Shown here: one piece after another, positions 1-11,470 of the stretch | Layout: every line of letters begins with the position of its first letter | Numbering within the stretch: position 1 is the first letter of the stretch | NCBI GenBank assembly: GCA_963727445.1 | Contig: CAVSGI010000010.1 | Span: 192,001-256,000 of the forward strand | Direction: 5' to 3' | Length of the DNA stretch: 64,000 bases | Origin: an uncultured delta proteobacterium | Lineage (GTDB): Bacteria > Myxococcota_A > Polyangia > Polyangiales > B10-G4 | The notes under the pieces: generated by a model | The model's database searches: none | Seen by the model: the letters and a program-made list of their open reading frames with translations, nothing else | What the model was told of the DNA's origin: nothing | Translations under genes and position numbers: made by a program

Positions 1-821
1 CCCGCCCAGCTCGTCGACGTGAAGTGCCGGAGCATGGGCGCGCCGGGGAAGGCGCTCGGCGTGACAGCAGCGGGTTCGCCGTAGTCCATGATCGAATGGC
101 CTTCGAGGACATCCGGCAGGCGCCAGTCGTCGAAGCCGCCCCAAGAGAGCGCATCGCAGTAGGCGAGGGCCTCGCCCCATTGGACCTCCTCGGCGCTGCC
201 CGTGGTGCAGTCGGACCCGCTCAGGCCGCGACTGCAACCCTGCCACGCGAGCCCCGTCACCTCGTCGACCACGACCGGTTCGCCGCTGACCGGCTCACTC
301 CGGGTGAAGCGTGCGCTCATCGGATTGGAGGCGTCCCAGCCGTGCTCCGCGTCCTGGCTGCAGAACGAGGTGCAGCTCGCGCCCGCGCACGTCGTGGACG
401 TCGTGTTCGAATAGCAGCTTCGCGAGCCCGTGTCGGCGAGGGTGAAGTTGGGGCCGGGAGGTGTGCACGACGCGTCACCGCATCCCGGCGAAACGCAGAC
501 GCCGCCCACGCAGATGTCGTAATCGCGATCGGGCGTCGTCACCACAGTGCACGGCGTGAAGTCGGTTGCCCCGGTGCAATCCGTGGCGCCGCCATCGGGC
601 ATCGCGTCTGGAGAAGCGTCCGCGACGGAGGTGTCGCCTGGAGTCGCATCTGCGTCTGCATCCGGCGACGCCGCGTCTGTGTCCGGCGGGGCTGCATCGG
701 CATCCCGCGTCGCGTCCATGACAGCCGAATCCAGGGCGCCTGAATCCATCGCGGCGTCCGTGGCTCCATCGTCGCCGGAACACGCGAGGGCGAGGAGCGG
801 CAAGGCGATCAACAGCCTCAC
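1..821 (-). CDS. DUF1566 (Lcl)-domain lipoprotein, 3' end runs off the window
   Basis: Manual translation from GTG at 821: lipobox LALAC, Asp/Ala-rich linker, then DTGSRSCY...QDAEHG, DEVTGLAWQ, A.AYCDALSWGGFDDWRLP motifs typical of DUF1566. Absent from the ORF track because the frame is open to position 1. Confidence 0.8.
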   Translation of the reverse strand, partial: MRLLIALPLLALACSGDDGATDAAMDSGALDSAVMDATRDADAAPPDTDAASPDADADATPGDTSVADASPDAMPDGGATDCTGATDFTPCTVVTTPDRDYDICVGGVCVSPGCGDASCTPPGPNFTLADTGSRSCYSNTTSTTCAGASCTSFCSQDAEHGWDASNPMSARFTRSEPVSGEPVVVDEVTGLAWQGCSRGLSGSDCTTGSAEEVQWGEALAYCDALSWGGFDDWRLPDVLEGHSIMDYGEPAAVTPSAFPGAPMLRHFTSTSWA

Positions 822-889
822 GGCAGCTTCTCTTTCTCGTCGTCTGCCATGACGCGATTCTACCCGAGGAGTCGCGCGGCCCGCGCCAA

Positions 890-1738
890 ATGCCGTATCC
901 TGATTTGGTAGTGTTTCGCTCATCCGCTGCCGGGCGGCCTCTCGCTTTCGCCATGTGTCTGCTACTCGCAGGCTGCAGCGTCGACACATGGGCGATCGGT
1001 GGTGAAGCCGACGCAGCGAGGCCGCCCGACAGCTCGGTTCGGCGAGGAGACGGAGGCGTCGACGCCGACGCCGTAGCGGCCGACACGAGCCCTCTCGATG
1101 CGTCCGTCCCCGATGCGGCCTCCGTCGACTCGGCCGCGGACGCGGATGCCTTCGACGCCGGGCCTTCGTTCTGTGAAGAAGGCGCGCCCGTGCTCTGCGT
1201 GCGCTTCGAAGACTCCCTCGTCGACGAGTCCGCCGCCGGTCACGCCTTCCGCGCGTCCGGCCTCACCTACGCTACCGGCCGGGTCGGCCAGGCCGGGGCC
1301 TTCGGCTCTGGCGTGGAGGTGTGGATCGAGCAGGAGGGGGACCTGACGGGGGAGCCGCTGACCATCGAGCTCTTCCTGATGCCCGCGTCTCTTCCCGACA
1401 GTGGCCGCGAGGGCCTCTGGGACATCGGCGGACAGCACAGCGCCTGGGTCCACCCCGATGCCACCGTCGCGTGCCGGTCGATCTCCATCGGCGGCGCGCT
1501 CACCGTCGGGACCTGGACCCACCTGGCCTGTGTCTTCGACGGCGATTCTTCGAAGCTCTACGTCGACGGAGTGCTCGCGGCGACGGGCACGTCCTCGCCG
1601 GGGACGCCCGGTCCTGGAGACATCCGCGTCGGCGCCAACGCCCCGGACGGCGACTTCTTCGACGGCCGCATCGACGAGATGCGCATCTTCCGCGGCGTGC
1701 GATCGGCGGAGGAGATCGCCGCGGCCGCGGCACGCTGA
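890..1738 (+). CDS. LamG-like jellyroll domain lipoprotein
   Basis: Lipobox LLAGC, DA-rich linker, WTHLACVFDG...LYVDG and FDGRIDEMRIF LamG motifs; exact start uncertain (890 or 911). Confidence 0.8.
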   Translation: MPYPDLVVFRSSAAGRPLAFAMCLLLAGCSVDTWAIGGEADAARPPDSSVRRGDGGVDADAVAADTSPLDASVPDAASVDSAADADAFDAGPSFCEEGAPVLCVRFEDSLVDESAAGHAFRASGLTYATGRVGQAGAFGSGVEVWIEQEGDLTGEPLTIELFLMPASLPDSGREGLWDIGGQHSAWVHPDATVACRSISIGGALTVGTWTHLACVFDGDSSKLYVDGVLAATGTSSPGTPGPGDIRVGANAPDGDFFDGRIDEMRIFRGVRSAEEIAAAAAR

Positions 1739-1743
1739 AAGGC

Positions 1744-4700
1744 TCAGAAGCCGTAACGGTCGCGCAGCTTCTCGTCCATCCGCCGCACGAGATCGAGGAG
1801 CTGGATGATGTGCTCGTGCATCTCCTTGGCGTCCTCGAGGTTCGCCGAGGTGGACTGGACGAGAGGCATGATGGTGTCGCGCATGATTTCGATCTGGCGG
1901 GCCAGGGTGGCCTCGTTCACGCCGGGGCCTGGCGCGCCACCGCCGCCGCCAGTTCCGCCGCCGCCACCTGCGACCGCCATCGGCGGCGCTTCGACCTTCA
2001 CCTCGACGTGCGGATTGGCCAGGCGCTCGAGGGCGGCCTGAAGGGCGGCGAGCTGCGGCGCGATGGTCTTGGCGAGCGCGTCGCCACCGGCGCCGCGCGT
2101 AGACTGAGCCTGCGCGAGCGCCGTCGCCTCGGCTCGCCTCGCGTCCGCCTCGGCCTTGCGCGCTTCGGCCTCGGACGCCGACTGCGATTGGGCGTGCTGC
2201 GCGGCGCGGTCCGCCGCCGCGAGCAGCGTGTCCCGGATGCCTTCGAGCTCGCGTCCCAGGCCGCCGAGCGTCCCGGTGACCCGCGTGACCGGGTCGTCGT
2301 CGCCGCCGCCCCTGCGTCTTGAGGCGCCCGAACTCCTTCTTGATGCTCTCCCAGCGCGCCGCGCTGCTCGTCGCTCATGCGTGCCGCGCAGCTCGGCGAG
2401 CTTGAGCAGGTTCGGCTCGGCGCCGGTGGTCAGCGTCTGCGCCTCGCCCACGTAGTGGTCGTCGATGAGCGCCTCGAGCTCCTCGTCGTTCATCGCCGGC
2501 ACGACCTTCTCGGCCAGCTTGTTCATGTTGCGGTAGCTGCCCTGCAGCTTGAAGGGCGGCTCGGTGCGGTACGCGTCGTCCTGCGAGGCCGAGCGCGATG
2601 TACTGCTGCGTTGACCGCGAGCAGCACCTCGCGGCACGCGGAACAGGTGCTGCGAAGACGCGCGATCATCTCCTGCAGCTCGACCGCGGAGTAGCCGTAG
2701 CGACAGCTCGGTGGTCGGGATCTCCTCGCCCTGCGCCATGCGCACGAGCTTGTAGACGTCGGCCTGCTCGCGGCGTCGCGAGCGGCGCGAGCACCGGGTT
2801 CGAGGTGAGCGCGTTCTCGATGTAGCTCAGCGCGAAGACGTCGTCCTTGCCCGCCGAGGATGTCGCCGAGGTTGTAGGTGTCGGCGCGGTTGGCGAGCAT
2901 GTCGGGGATCTGGAACTTCTCGCCGCTCTCGGTGTAGGGGTTGCCGGCCATCACCACGCAGAACTTCTTGCCGCGCAGGTCGTAGGTGCGGGTCCGCCCC
3001 TTCCAGACGCCCTCGATCCGGCGCTGGGCGTCGCAGAGCGAGATGAACTTCTGCAGCAACTCGGGGTGGGTGTGCTGGATGTCGTCGAGGTAGAGCATCA
3101 CGTTGTTGCCCATCTCGAAGCGCGAGGTTGATCTTCTCGACCTCCTGGCGCGCCGTGGCGTTGGGCGCCTCGGCCGGATCGAGCGAGTGCACCGCGTGGC
3201 CGAGCGCCGGGCCCGTTGACCTTCATGAAGACCAGGCCCAGGCGGTTGGCGATGTACTCCATCAGCGTCGTCTTGCCGTAGCCGGGCGGCGAGATGAGCA
3301 GCAGCAGGCCCATCAGGTCGGTGCGCTTGCTGCTCGCCGGCGGCGCCGATCTGCTTGGCGAGGTTGTCGCCGATCATCGGCAGGTAGACGTCGTTGATCA
3401 GCTTGTTGCGCACGAACGACGTCAGCACCCGCGGCTTGAACTCGTCGAGGCGCAGGCGTCGCGCTCGCGCTCGAGCAGGGCGTGGCGCACGTCGCGGTAG
3501 GCGCGATAGCCGGGCACCCGGCGGTGCGACGAAGTCGCTCGAGCCGCTCGAGGAACTCGTCGAGGCGCAGCTTCATCGTGCGGCTCGTGGATGCGCGGGT
3601 GCTGCCCGAGCAGCCCGGTCACCTCGGCGCTGGGTCAGCGCCTGGCTCACGTCGCGCTCGAGCGTTCGACCGCCGGCGGCTCCGATGACCGCCAGGGCCG
3701 CCGCCTCATGCTGGCGAGGGCGCAGGTCCGGCCTCGACCGCGGCGTGGGCGAGGTGGTCGAGCTCTTCGTTCTTCGTGCGCTCGACGAAGGCGCGGAGCC
3801 AGGCGATGACGACGGCCGCCTGGGCGCGCGGCGCGTCCTCGAGGGAACGCAGGTCCTCGTCGAAGGCGCGGCGCGTCCCCGCGACCTCGAGGTCGGCGAA
3901 GAGCGCGTCGCGCAGCTTCGCCGCCTCGGCGCTGGTGGTGAAGCGCGGCTGATCCGCCATCAGCTCCTCGACCAGGTAGCGGCCCGCGAGCCGGGCTTCG
4001 CCGTCGGTGTGGGGGATGCCGTGGCGCTCGGCGAACTCGGCGATCGATCGTCGCGAGCTCGTCGGCCAGATCGCGCGAGGCGCCCGTGGGCCCGAAGCTC
4101 GCGCGCAGGCGCCCGAGGCTCATGGCGCGGCGGTGGAGGTTCGCTTGCACGACTCGGTTCCGGGCCTCGCCGCTCCGGCGCCTGGCCGTCCTCGAGCGCG
4201 CCCAGAACAGGCAGGCGAGGGCGCGCGGCGTCGCCGGGTAAGCGCAGCAGGCCCGCCGAGTCGCGGCAGCGCCAGGAGCTTCTCGAGGATCAGCGCCGCG
4301 TCGGCGTCGTGGACGCCGCGGTCGTAGCCCTCGTCGTAGCGCGAGCCGCGTACCTGCGCACCAGGTCGAGCAGCCGTCCTCCTCACGCTCGGCCTCGTGC
4401 AGGGCCTCGATGGCAGAGCCCGCCTTCGCCGCGTCTCCGCGTCGAAGAGGATGCGACGCCGCCAGGTACTCGCCGCGGTAGACCTCCTCGGTCTCGGAGA
4501 CGAGCTGCTGGGACCAGTACTCGCGGGTGCCTGGCGAACTCCTCGTCGTCGATCGTCTCGTAGAAGTCGGTGCCCGCGAGGTGCAGCGCCATCGTCTCGC
4601 CGCGCGGCAGCATCGATCAGCTCGAGCGGCTGGGTGTTACGGTGAAGCGGTGCTGGCCGAGCTTGATGAGGGTCGCCCTCCTCGAACAGGTCGAGCTTGT

Positions 4701-7268
4701 CGCGCAGGCCGCGCAGCGCGTCCTGGCGCGCCGACTTGAGCCTGCGCTACGACCTCGTCGGCCTTCACCGCGTCGCCCAGCTCGCGCAGCTGCTCGGCGA
4801 TCTGCCGCGCAGCTTGAGGACCATCGGGTCCGAGGCGAAGTAGGCGTTGAGCTCGTCCTGGTCTGTCGAAGGTCTGCGAGCGACGCCCGACGCCGTCGAG
4901 GATCCGGTCGGCCGGCGCGAGCGAGCGTGCCGCGCGCGGCGCTGGCGCGCGTCGAGCAGCTGCTGCTTCTTGGCGCTGAAGGCGTCGTAGATCTCCTCGC
5001 GCTTGGTGGCGAGGTCGCCGAGGAACTCGTCGAACTCACTGAAGCGCGCCTCGAGCTCCTCGAGCTGCACCATCAGGCGCGAGAGCTGCTCGTCGCACTT
5101 CTCCGGCGTGTCGGCCAGCGCGAGGCCGAGCTCGCACCGCCTGGCCGAACAGCTTGAACTGGGCTGCGAACTCGGCCTGGCCCTCGGACCGATCAGCTCC
5201 TTGCGTCGCCCCGTCGAGGGTCGCGCGGACGCGGTTGAGGTGGCCGAAGACCTCGCTGATGCCCTCGAGGATGCGCGTGCGCGCGGTCGGGTCGTCGACC
5301 TGCAGGCCCTGCGACGACCTCGCTGAGCACGTCGAGCCCTTCGGCCGTCGCGTCGAGGTGCTCCACGAGCGGCTGGCATCTCGGTGACTGTCTTCATCGT
5401 CCTCGCTGCCGAGCATGCGCGTCGAGCTCGCCGGTGATGGGCGCGAGCGCGTCGTCGCCCAGCAGGAACTCGACGTGCACTTCGGGCTGAGGCGGTCGAA
5501 GTGCCCGACCGCCTCTTCCTCGAGCGCGTCGAGGGCCGCCACGTCGATGTAGCGCATCTCCTTGAGGCTGATGAGCTGCCCGCGCTGGTTGCGCAGGGAG
5601 GTCAGCGCCTCCATGAAGGCGTCGATGTTGGTCGAGCTCCTCGTCGCCGGAGGCTCGCCACCAGCTCGATCTGCGCCTCCTCGGCGCCCTGGAGCTCCTC
5701 GGCCGCGCGCTTGCGCATGGCGAGGACCTTCTCGAACTCGTCGACGATGAGCTCGGCGGTGCGGCGCAGCTCCTCGAGGGCGGGCTGAGGTCCCGCCTCT
5801 GCGTTGCCGAGCCAGTAGTAGGCGTCGAGGGTGCGGGTGACGGTCGCGATCAGGTCTTCGTAGATCTGCCGCGCCGGGCTCGGCGTCCTGGATCAGCCGG
5901 CGCACGGTGAAGCAGTCGCGGATGCCGCGCACCAGCTCGGCGTTGCCGACCTTGGCGAGGAAGGAGCCGTCGGTGGGCGCCTCGGCGGCGAACTGCGCGC
6001 TGGTGAACGGCGTCTGCCACACCTGCATGGGGTGGACCCGGCTCGGCCTCGTCCTGCGCGCGGAAGACCACCATCTTGCCGTCGTCGAAGAGCCTGTAGC
6101 CGTGGCAGCGGATCGGCGTCGAGACCTCCTGGCGGATCAGGTTGTAGGGCAGGAGCTGGTAGAGCCCGTCGTCCCGCCGGTGGAAGACGTAGAGGACGTC
6201 CTCGCCGTTGGGGCTCCGGACGACCTTCTCGAGGAGCAGGCCTGCGAAGTCGCCGTCGAAGATCTTGTGCTCGCCGGTCTCCAGCAGGAAACCGCCGGGG
6301 AAGATGAGGCCGTGGTCCTCGGGAAGGCTCTGGCACGCCTGCGCCATCGCATCGATCTGCGTGACCGACTCGTTCCGCGGGTTGAAGACCAGGTAGCGCC
6401 AGCGCTCCTCGCGGAAGGGCAGGATCTTGAGCAGGATCAGGTTGCCGACCTTGGCGTAGAAGATCTCGGCGTCGTCGAGGGTCTGGTTGGCGTCGTCGAC
6501 CGGCTCCGCGTAGATGCCGCGCCCGGTCTCGGTGTTGTTCTCGACCTTGATGGTCAGGTCGCCGCCGGTGGTCTCGACGAAGATCTGATCGAGGATCGAC
6601 AGGTGCGGGTAGCGGCCCGGGACCTGGTCGTTTCGCGTGACGGTCACCCACTCGAAGTCGAAGGGCCGCGGAAAGGTGTACTCCTCGTGTCCCCGCGCAT
6701 CCATGAACTGGACGCTGCCGTCGGGGTTGACGCGCCAGCGCAGGACCTTGATCTCGTCGATGGTGTGGCCGGTCTGGAAGACCGCGAGAACGCGCGTCTC
6801 GGTGCAGCGCATCGAGAGCAGGCGCGCGTCCTTGAAGTACTTGAAGATGTCGCCGAACTCCTTCTGGAGCTCGGGATCGACGAGCCAGGGCGCGGCCGAT
6901 GCCTTGTCGAGAGCGCTCAGATCGAGGCCCTGACCGTTGCCGCCGATGGAGTGGATGGAGAAGACGTCGTCGATGGACGTCTCCTTCTTCAGGCCGATGA
7001 AGACGTTGTAGCCGACGAGGAGCTTGCCGGCGACGTTGACGGTGTCGCGCGGAACGCAGTTGTTCTCGGTGCGGATCCGCTCGTTGGCGATCACCGCCAA
7101 CTCGGTCCCGCCGAAGACCTCCTTGCGGCGGGCGTTCAGCGCGTCGATGCGCTGCCCGAGGACCTTCGACTGATCGACCAGCCGGGTCCGGATGACCTCG
7201 TAGTTTCCCCCCGCGGCGAGAGCCTCGCCCTCGCCGGTCGCCTCTGCCGCGGTGGCCTGCTCACTCAT
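1744..7268 (-). CDS. Large flotillin-associated AAA+ ATPase ('DNA repair ATPase'/DUF3686-type, about 1800 aa), multiply frameshifted in this sequence
   Basis: Intact N-terminal 5850..7268 segment (GGNYEVIR, RTENNCVPRD, HLSILDQIFVETTGGDLTIKVENNT); coiled-coil middle; Walker A LISPPGYGKTT (about 3270-3300), Walker B LYLDDIQH, MAGNPYTESG, PPFKLQGSYRNMNKLAEK, spread across several frames. Confidence 0.8.
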
Positions 7269-7289
7269 CTTCGTGGTCTCTGTCGACCC

Positions 7290-9365
7290 TTACTCGAGGC
7301 CCATGTCTTTCGCCCGATCGATGAGCTTCTCCAGCTTCTCGCGCGTGACACCGTCGGCGCCGCTCATGAACTTCGACAGGGCGGCGCTGACCGTGAGGTT
7401 GCGAATGGCGGTGGAGTCCATCGAAGGACGGCTGAGGATCTCCCGGAGGTCCCCGGTGAAGCTGCCGTTGCCCGAGAGGTACTCGGAGAGGAGCTTCTTG
7501 ATGGTGTCCGAGTTGTCGATCATGCCGTCGGCGCTCTGGCCGAGGCTGACCGCCTTGACGAACCTGTCGAAGAAGTCGCCATCGCCGCCGACGATGTTGA
7601 TCTTCGCGCTCTCCATCGCCTTGCCCATGACCGAGGCCTGGGCGTGGGCGATGTCTTTGCGCATCTCGATCTGCGCGAGCTCGACCTGCTTCTCCTTGTC
7701 GAGGGCGATGCGGTACTCCTCGTGCTCGCGCCCGACGCCGTCGAGGGCCTTCATGGCGGTGGCCTTCTCGTGAAGGCCGGCCGCCTCGGCGCTCAGCTTC
7801 TTCTCGATGGCGACGGACTCGGCGAGGCCGGTCTGCTCGATGGCCTTGGCGAGCGCTTCCTTGACCCGCGCATCGGCCAGGCCCTGCTCCTCCTGGCCCT
7901 TCGCTTCGGCGAGCATCTTCTCGCGGGCGACGTTCGCCTCGGCGAGGCCCTGCTTCTGCAGGGCGTCGGCGTCGGCTTCGCGGACCTTCACCTTCGCGAG
8001 GCCCTCGGCTGCGTGGGTGGCCTGCTTGCCTTCGGCGATGCGCATCTCCCCCCGCGCCGACTTGTCGGCGACCTCGAGGTCGGCCTCGGCGATGGTGAGC
8101 TTCTCCTTGGCGAGGAGCTTCGCGGCCTGCTCCCGCGCCTCGGCGACCTTCACCTGCTTGATCAGCGCTTCTTGCGCCTCGGCCTCGGCGTTGATGACCT
8201 TGGCCTGGCGGTTACGCTCCGCCTCCTGGACGAGGCGCACTGCCTTGATGCGCTCTTCCTCTTCGGCGACCGTCTTCTCGACGGCGACGCGGCCGCGGAC
8301 CACGTCGGCGATCTCCTTCTTCTGGACCTCGACTTCCTTGTCCTTGGCGATGCGGCCGAGCTCGGTCTCGCGCTCGCGGGCGATCTGCTCGAGGGCGCGT
8401 GCCTTTTCGACGCGCTCGGTCTCGACGGCGATCTCGCGCTCCTTGTTCTTCTGGGCGACGGCGATGCCGCGGAGCTTGGCCTCGCCGGCGACGGCGACCT
8501 CCTCCTCGAGCTTCTGCCGCTGCATCATCGTGTCGCGATGCTCGCGGTCGCTGACGCGGATCGCCTCGTTTTCCTGCTGCGCTTTGACGGAGGCGATCTC
8601 CTTGTCCTTCTTCGCCGCGGCCTCGGCGCGCTGCTCGTCGAACTTGAAGACCGCTTCGTCGGCCTTCAGGTTCTGAAGGCCGATGTCCATGCGCTCCTGC
8701 TGCTTCTTGTCGTTCGTCTGAACGTGCTCGAGCGCGGTGATCTGGGTGATCTTCTTGATGCCCTCGGCGTCGAGGATGTTGTTGTCGTCGAGCAGCTCGA
8801 TCGGCGTCTGCTCGAGGTAGTCGATCGCCGTGTCCTCGAGCGTGAAGCCGTTCAGGTCGTCGCCGATGACGCCCATGATTTTGTTCCGGAACTCGACGCG
8901 CTTGTCGTAGAGCTCGATGAAGTCGAAGGCCTTGCCGGCGGTCTTCAGCGCTTCGGAGAACTTCGCGTTGAAGAGGTTCTCGATCGTCGCGAGGTCCGAT
9001 GCTCGCGCGCAGCCGATGAGGTTCGCCACCTGCAAGACGTCCGGCTCGTTCTTCTCGATCTTCACGAAGAAGGTGACCGAGATGTCGGCGCGGATGTTGT
9101 CCTTGCAGATCAGGCCGTCCTTGCCGCGACGATCGATCTCGATCGTCTTGAGTGAGACGTCCATCAGCTCGGCGCGGTTGATGACCGGAAGAACGACTCC
9201 GCCGGTGAAGGTGACCCGGGCCGGCCCCTTGAACGGGTTGATCACCAGCGCGTGGTCCTGGTCGATCTTCCGGTAGAAACGCGCGAGGAGCGCGAGGCCG
9301 CCGAAGATGATGATGAGCCCCGCTGCGACGAAGCCGCCGATCGCGATGAGATTCGATGGATCCAT
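7290..9365 (-). CDS. Flotillin/SPFH (band 7) family membrane protein, YqiK-like
   Basis: N-terminal TM helix, GLICKDNIRADI SPFH motif, DYLEQT, long Ala/Glu/Lys coiled coil. Confidence 0.9.
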   Translation of the reverse strand: MDPSNLIAIGGFVAAGLIIIFGGLALLARFYRKIDQDHALVINPFKGPARVTFTGGVVLPVINRAELMDVSLKTIEIDRRGKDGLICKDNIRADISVTFFVKIEKNEPDVLQVANLIGCARASDLATIENLFNAKFSEALKTAGKAFDFIELYDKRVEFRNKIMGVIGDDLNGFTLEDTAIDYLEQTPIELLDDNNILDAEGIKKITQITALEHVQTNDKKQQERMDIGLQNLKADEAVFKFDEQRAEAAAKKDKEIASVKAQQENEAIRVSDREHRDTMMQRQKLEEEVAVAGEAKLRGIAVAQKNKEREIAVETERVEKARALEQIARERETELGRIAKDKEVEVQKKEIADVVRGRVAVEKTVAEEEERIKAVRLVQEAERNRQAKVINAEAEAQEALIKQVKVAEAREQAAKLLAKEKLTIAEADLEVADKSARGEMRIAEGKQATHAAEGLAKVKVREADADALQKQGLAEANVAREKMLAEAKGQEEQGLADARVKEALAKAIEQTGLAESVAIEKKLSAEAAGLHEKATAMKALDGVGREHEEYRIALDKEKQVELAQIEMRKDIAHAQASVMGKAMESAKINIVGGDGDFFDRFVKAVSLGQSADGMIDNSDTIKKLLSEYLSGNGSFTGDLREILSRPSMDSTAIRNLTVSAALSKFMSGADGVTREKLEKLIDRAKDMGLE

Positions 9366-9544
9366 GGTCACTCCCTGACGCGGGGGACCCCACCGGCCCC
9401 CCGAAGGACCTGCGGATCTACATGAGATCGGGTCTGGCTGTCATCCGGTCTGAGCCGGCACGGAGGAGGTAGGCCAAAAGCGGCCCACAATTGGCATTGA
9501 GGACCCTCACGTCGGCGCGGGCGGGGTCGCCTAGACTCGTGGGC

Positions 9545-11455
9545 ATGCGGCGGTGGACGGCGACAGCGGGAGTCCTGTGGGTGCTCGGGGTTCTGCTCTC
9601 GTCACCGTCGGCTCACGCGTGCGAGAGGGTGATGGTCCTCGAGGACGGGCGCCGGGTCGGCTTCGTGTGCGCCGAATCGGCGGCGCGTCGCGGCCTCACC
9701 GTCCTGGACCTCACGGACGCCTGGACTCCCTTCATCCTCTCGGACGACCCGTCCATGGGCGAGACGGGTATCCAGCCCTACGGGCCGATCTTCCGTGCGC
9801 TTGCGGACGAACGAATCGCCGAGGTGCCCGCGGAGCACCATCCCGAGAGGTATCTCGAGCTCTTCGGCATCCCGCCGACGTTGCGGGTGATCCGGGAGCG
9901 CCTCGGGGACGAGGAGCGTCACGCCTGCCACGCCGCCATCGACGACGCGCCCCTGGTCGCGGAGGGCCCGCTCCTTCGCCCGCGCGGCGAGGACCTCGAG
10001 CGGGGGCGAAGGGACGCGCGAAACCTGTCGATGCTCGACCGCCGGCTCGAACGAGCCGCGGCCCAGCGCGGGCTCGCCTCGATCGAGGAGTTGGCAGGCC
10101 AGCCGCGTTGGGACCGCGTGCTGGCGCGCCGAGCAGAGGTCTATGAGCGGGTCCAAGCCATACGCGCCCTTCAGGAGCATCTGGTCTGCGACGGGATCCT
10201 CTCGGGTCGCTACGAGCGCGGCGTCTTCGATCAGAAGACCGCCGACGCCACCGAGCTCTACCACCGGCGGCACGTCGTCTTCTCCGGACCGCTGCTGACG
10301 TCGGGCACCCGCGCCGCGGCGGCGATCGACAGCCGCGAGGCCGACTTCCAGGCGCTGCTCCGCGTCCTGCGCGAGCGCGTCGCCTCGGCCACCGGGATCA
10401 TCGAAGACGGCTCGGCGGCGCACGCGTGGGGCACCGTCCTCGGTCGCGTCCTCGACGCCGAGCAGCTGCGTGCCGACGCGGGAAGGCGCCCCGCCGAAAA
10501 CCCTGCACAGGATCTGCTCTCTCCGGCCACGGAGGCCGCCGCTCGCGCCCTCGGCTTCACCGAGCCCGCGCGCGCCCTCGCGGCCCTGCGGCGTTTCGCC
10601 CACAACCACATCCGTCGGGTCGCCGTGCGAATGCCGCCGCTACCCCGCTACCACTCGGCGGACATGGAGCTCCGCGCCGTCATCGACCGGGGCGACATTC
10701 GCTACGACTGGCCGTTCCGCGACGATGGAAGCCGTCGCCCGATGTGGGTGAGGCGCCGCGCGGTGATCACGCTCTACGCGCGTGACGGTGAGGCATGGAA
10801 GGCGCTCATTCGCTGGCCCACCACCATCGGCGGCTGGAACGACGAGGAGGTCGAAGCCGGCTCGACCGAGCTGGTCTACAAGGAGTCGCCGGTCGGTCCG
10901 CGCCAGTGGCGCGAGGTGGTGGGGAGCCCGGCTTGGATCCCGCCGCCCGCGACCCCCGACGACGACCTGGTGCGCCGCTCGCGCGGCGGCATCGAGCCGC
11001 GCTACGACGTCCTCGGCCCGGGCTACCGCTCCGCCTTCGGCCTCGCGATGCTCATCCACGAGCGCGAGCAGACGATGCACGACGGCGAGACGCGCACCTT
11101 CGATGAAGGCATCCGCACCCACGGCTCGGTCGCCTACCGAAGCATCCTCCGCGGCACCAGCCATGGCTGCCACCGGCTCCACAACCACCTCGCGCTCCGG
11201 CTCGCCTCCTTCGTTCTCACGCACCGTCCGCATCGCCGGGTCGGCCGGATCCCCCTCGTCTACGAGCGCGAGCTCGAGGCCTACGGACACGAGGCGACGA
11301 TCGAGATGACGTCGCGCGGCTACGGCTTCGAGCTGGTGGAGCCGGTGCCGGTGATGGTCACACGTGGGCACATCGTCGGCCACCAGCGCACGCCTCTGAC
11401 CGGGCCGCCTGCGTCCGAAGAAGAGACGAGCGACGGCGAGCCCGCGGAGGAGTAG
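9545..11455 (+). CDS. Large secreted L,D-transpeptidase (YkuD-family) protein
   Basis: Signal peptide (AHA), putative peptidoglycan-binding segment (GVFDQKTADA), PAWIPP and catalytic IRTHGS...SHGCHRL motif. Confidence 0.75.
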   Translation: MRRWTATAGVLWVLGVLLSSPSAHACERVMVLEDGRRVGFVCAESAARRGLTVLDLTDAWTPFILSDDPSMGETGIQPYGPIFRALADERIAEVPAEHHPERYLELFGIPPTLRVIRERLGDEERHACHAAIDDAPLVAEGPLLRPRGEDLERGRRDARNLSMLDRRLERAAAQRGLASIEELAGQPRWDRVLARRAEVYERVQAIRALQEHLVCDGILSGRYERGVFDQKTADATELYHRRHVVFSGPLLTSGTRAAAAIDSREADFQALLRVLRERVASATGIIEDGSAAHAWGTVLGRVLDAEQLRADAGRRPAENPAQDLLSPATEAAARALGFTEPARALAALRRFAHNHIRRVAVRMPPLPRYHSADMELRAVIDRGDIRYDWPFRDDGSRRPMWVRRRAVITLYARDGEAWKALIRWPTTIGGWNDEEVEAGSTELVYKESPVGPRQWREVVGSPAWIPPPATPDDDLVRRSRGGIEPRYDVLGPGYRSAFGLAMLIHEREQTMHDGETRTFDEGIRTHGSVAYRSILRGTSHGCHRLHNHLALRLASFVLTHRPHRRVGRIPLVYERELEAYGHEATIEMTSRGYGFELVEPVPVMVTRGHIVGHQRTPLTGPPASEEETSDGEPAEE

Positions 11456-11470
11456 GGCGCGCGGCTGCGC

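Noticed and set aside
1744..6050. Programmed frameshifting or a true pseudogene in the ATPase
   Set aside because: Too many scattered indels with conserved motifs retained, and the same pattern occurs in housekeeping genes.
5907..9155. 1082-aa + strand ORF and similar long antisense ORFs (15020..16774, 39324..41822, 49238..51502)
   Set aside because: Shadow ORFs opposite well-supported genes, expected in high-GC DNA; no recognisable motifs.
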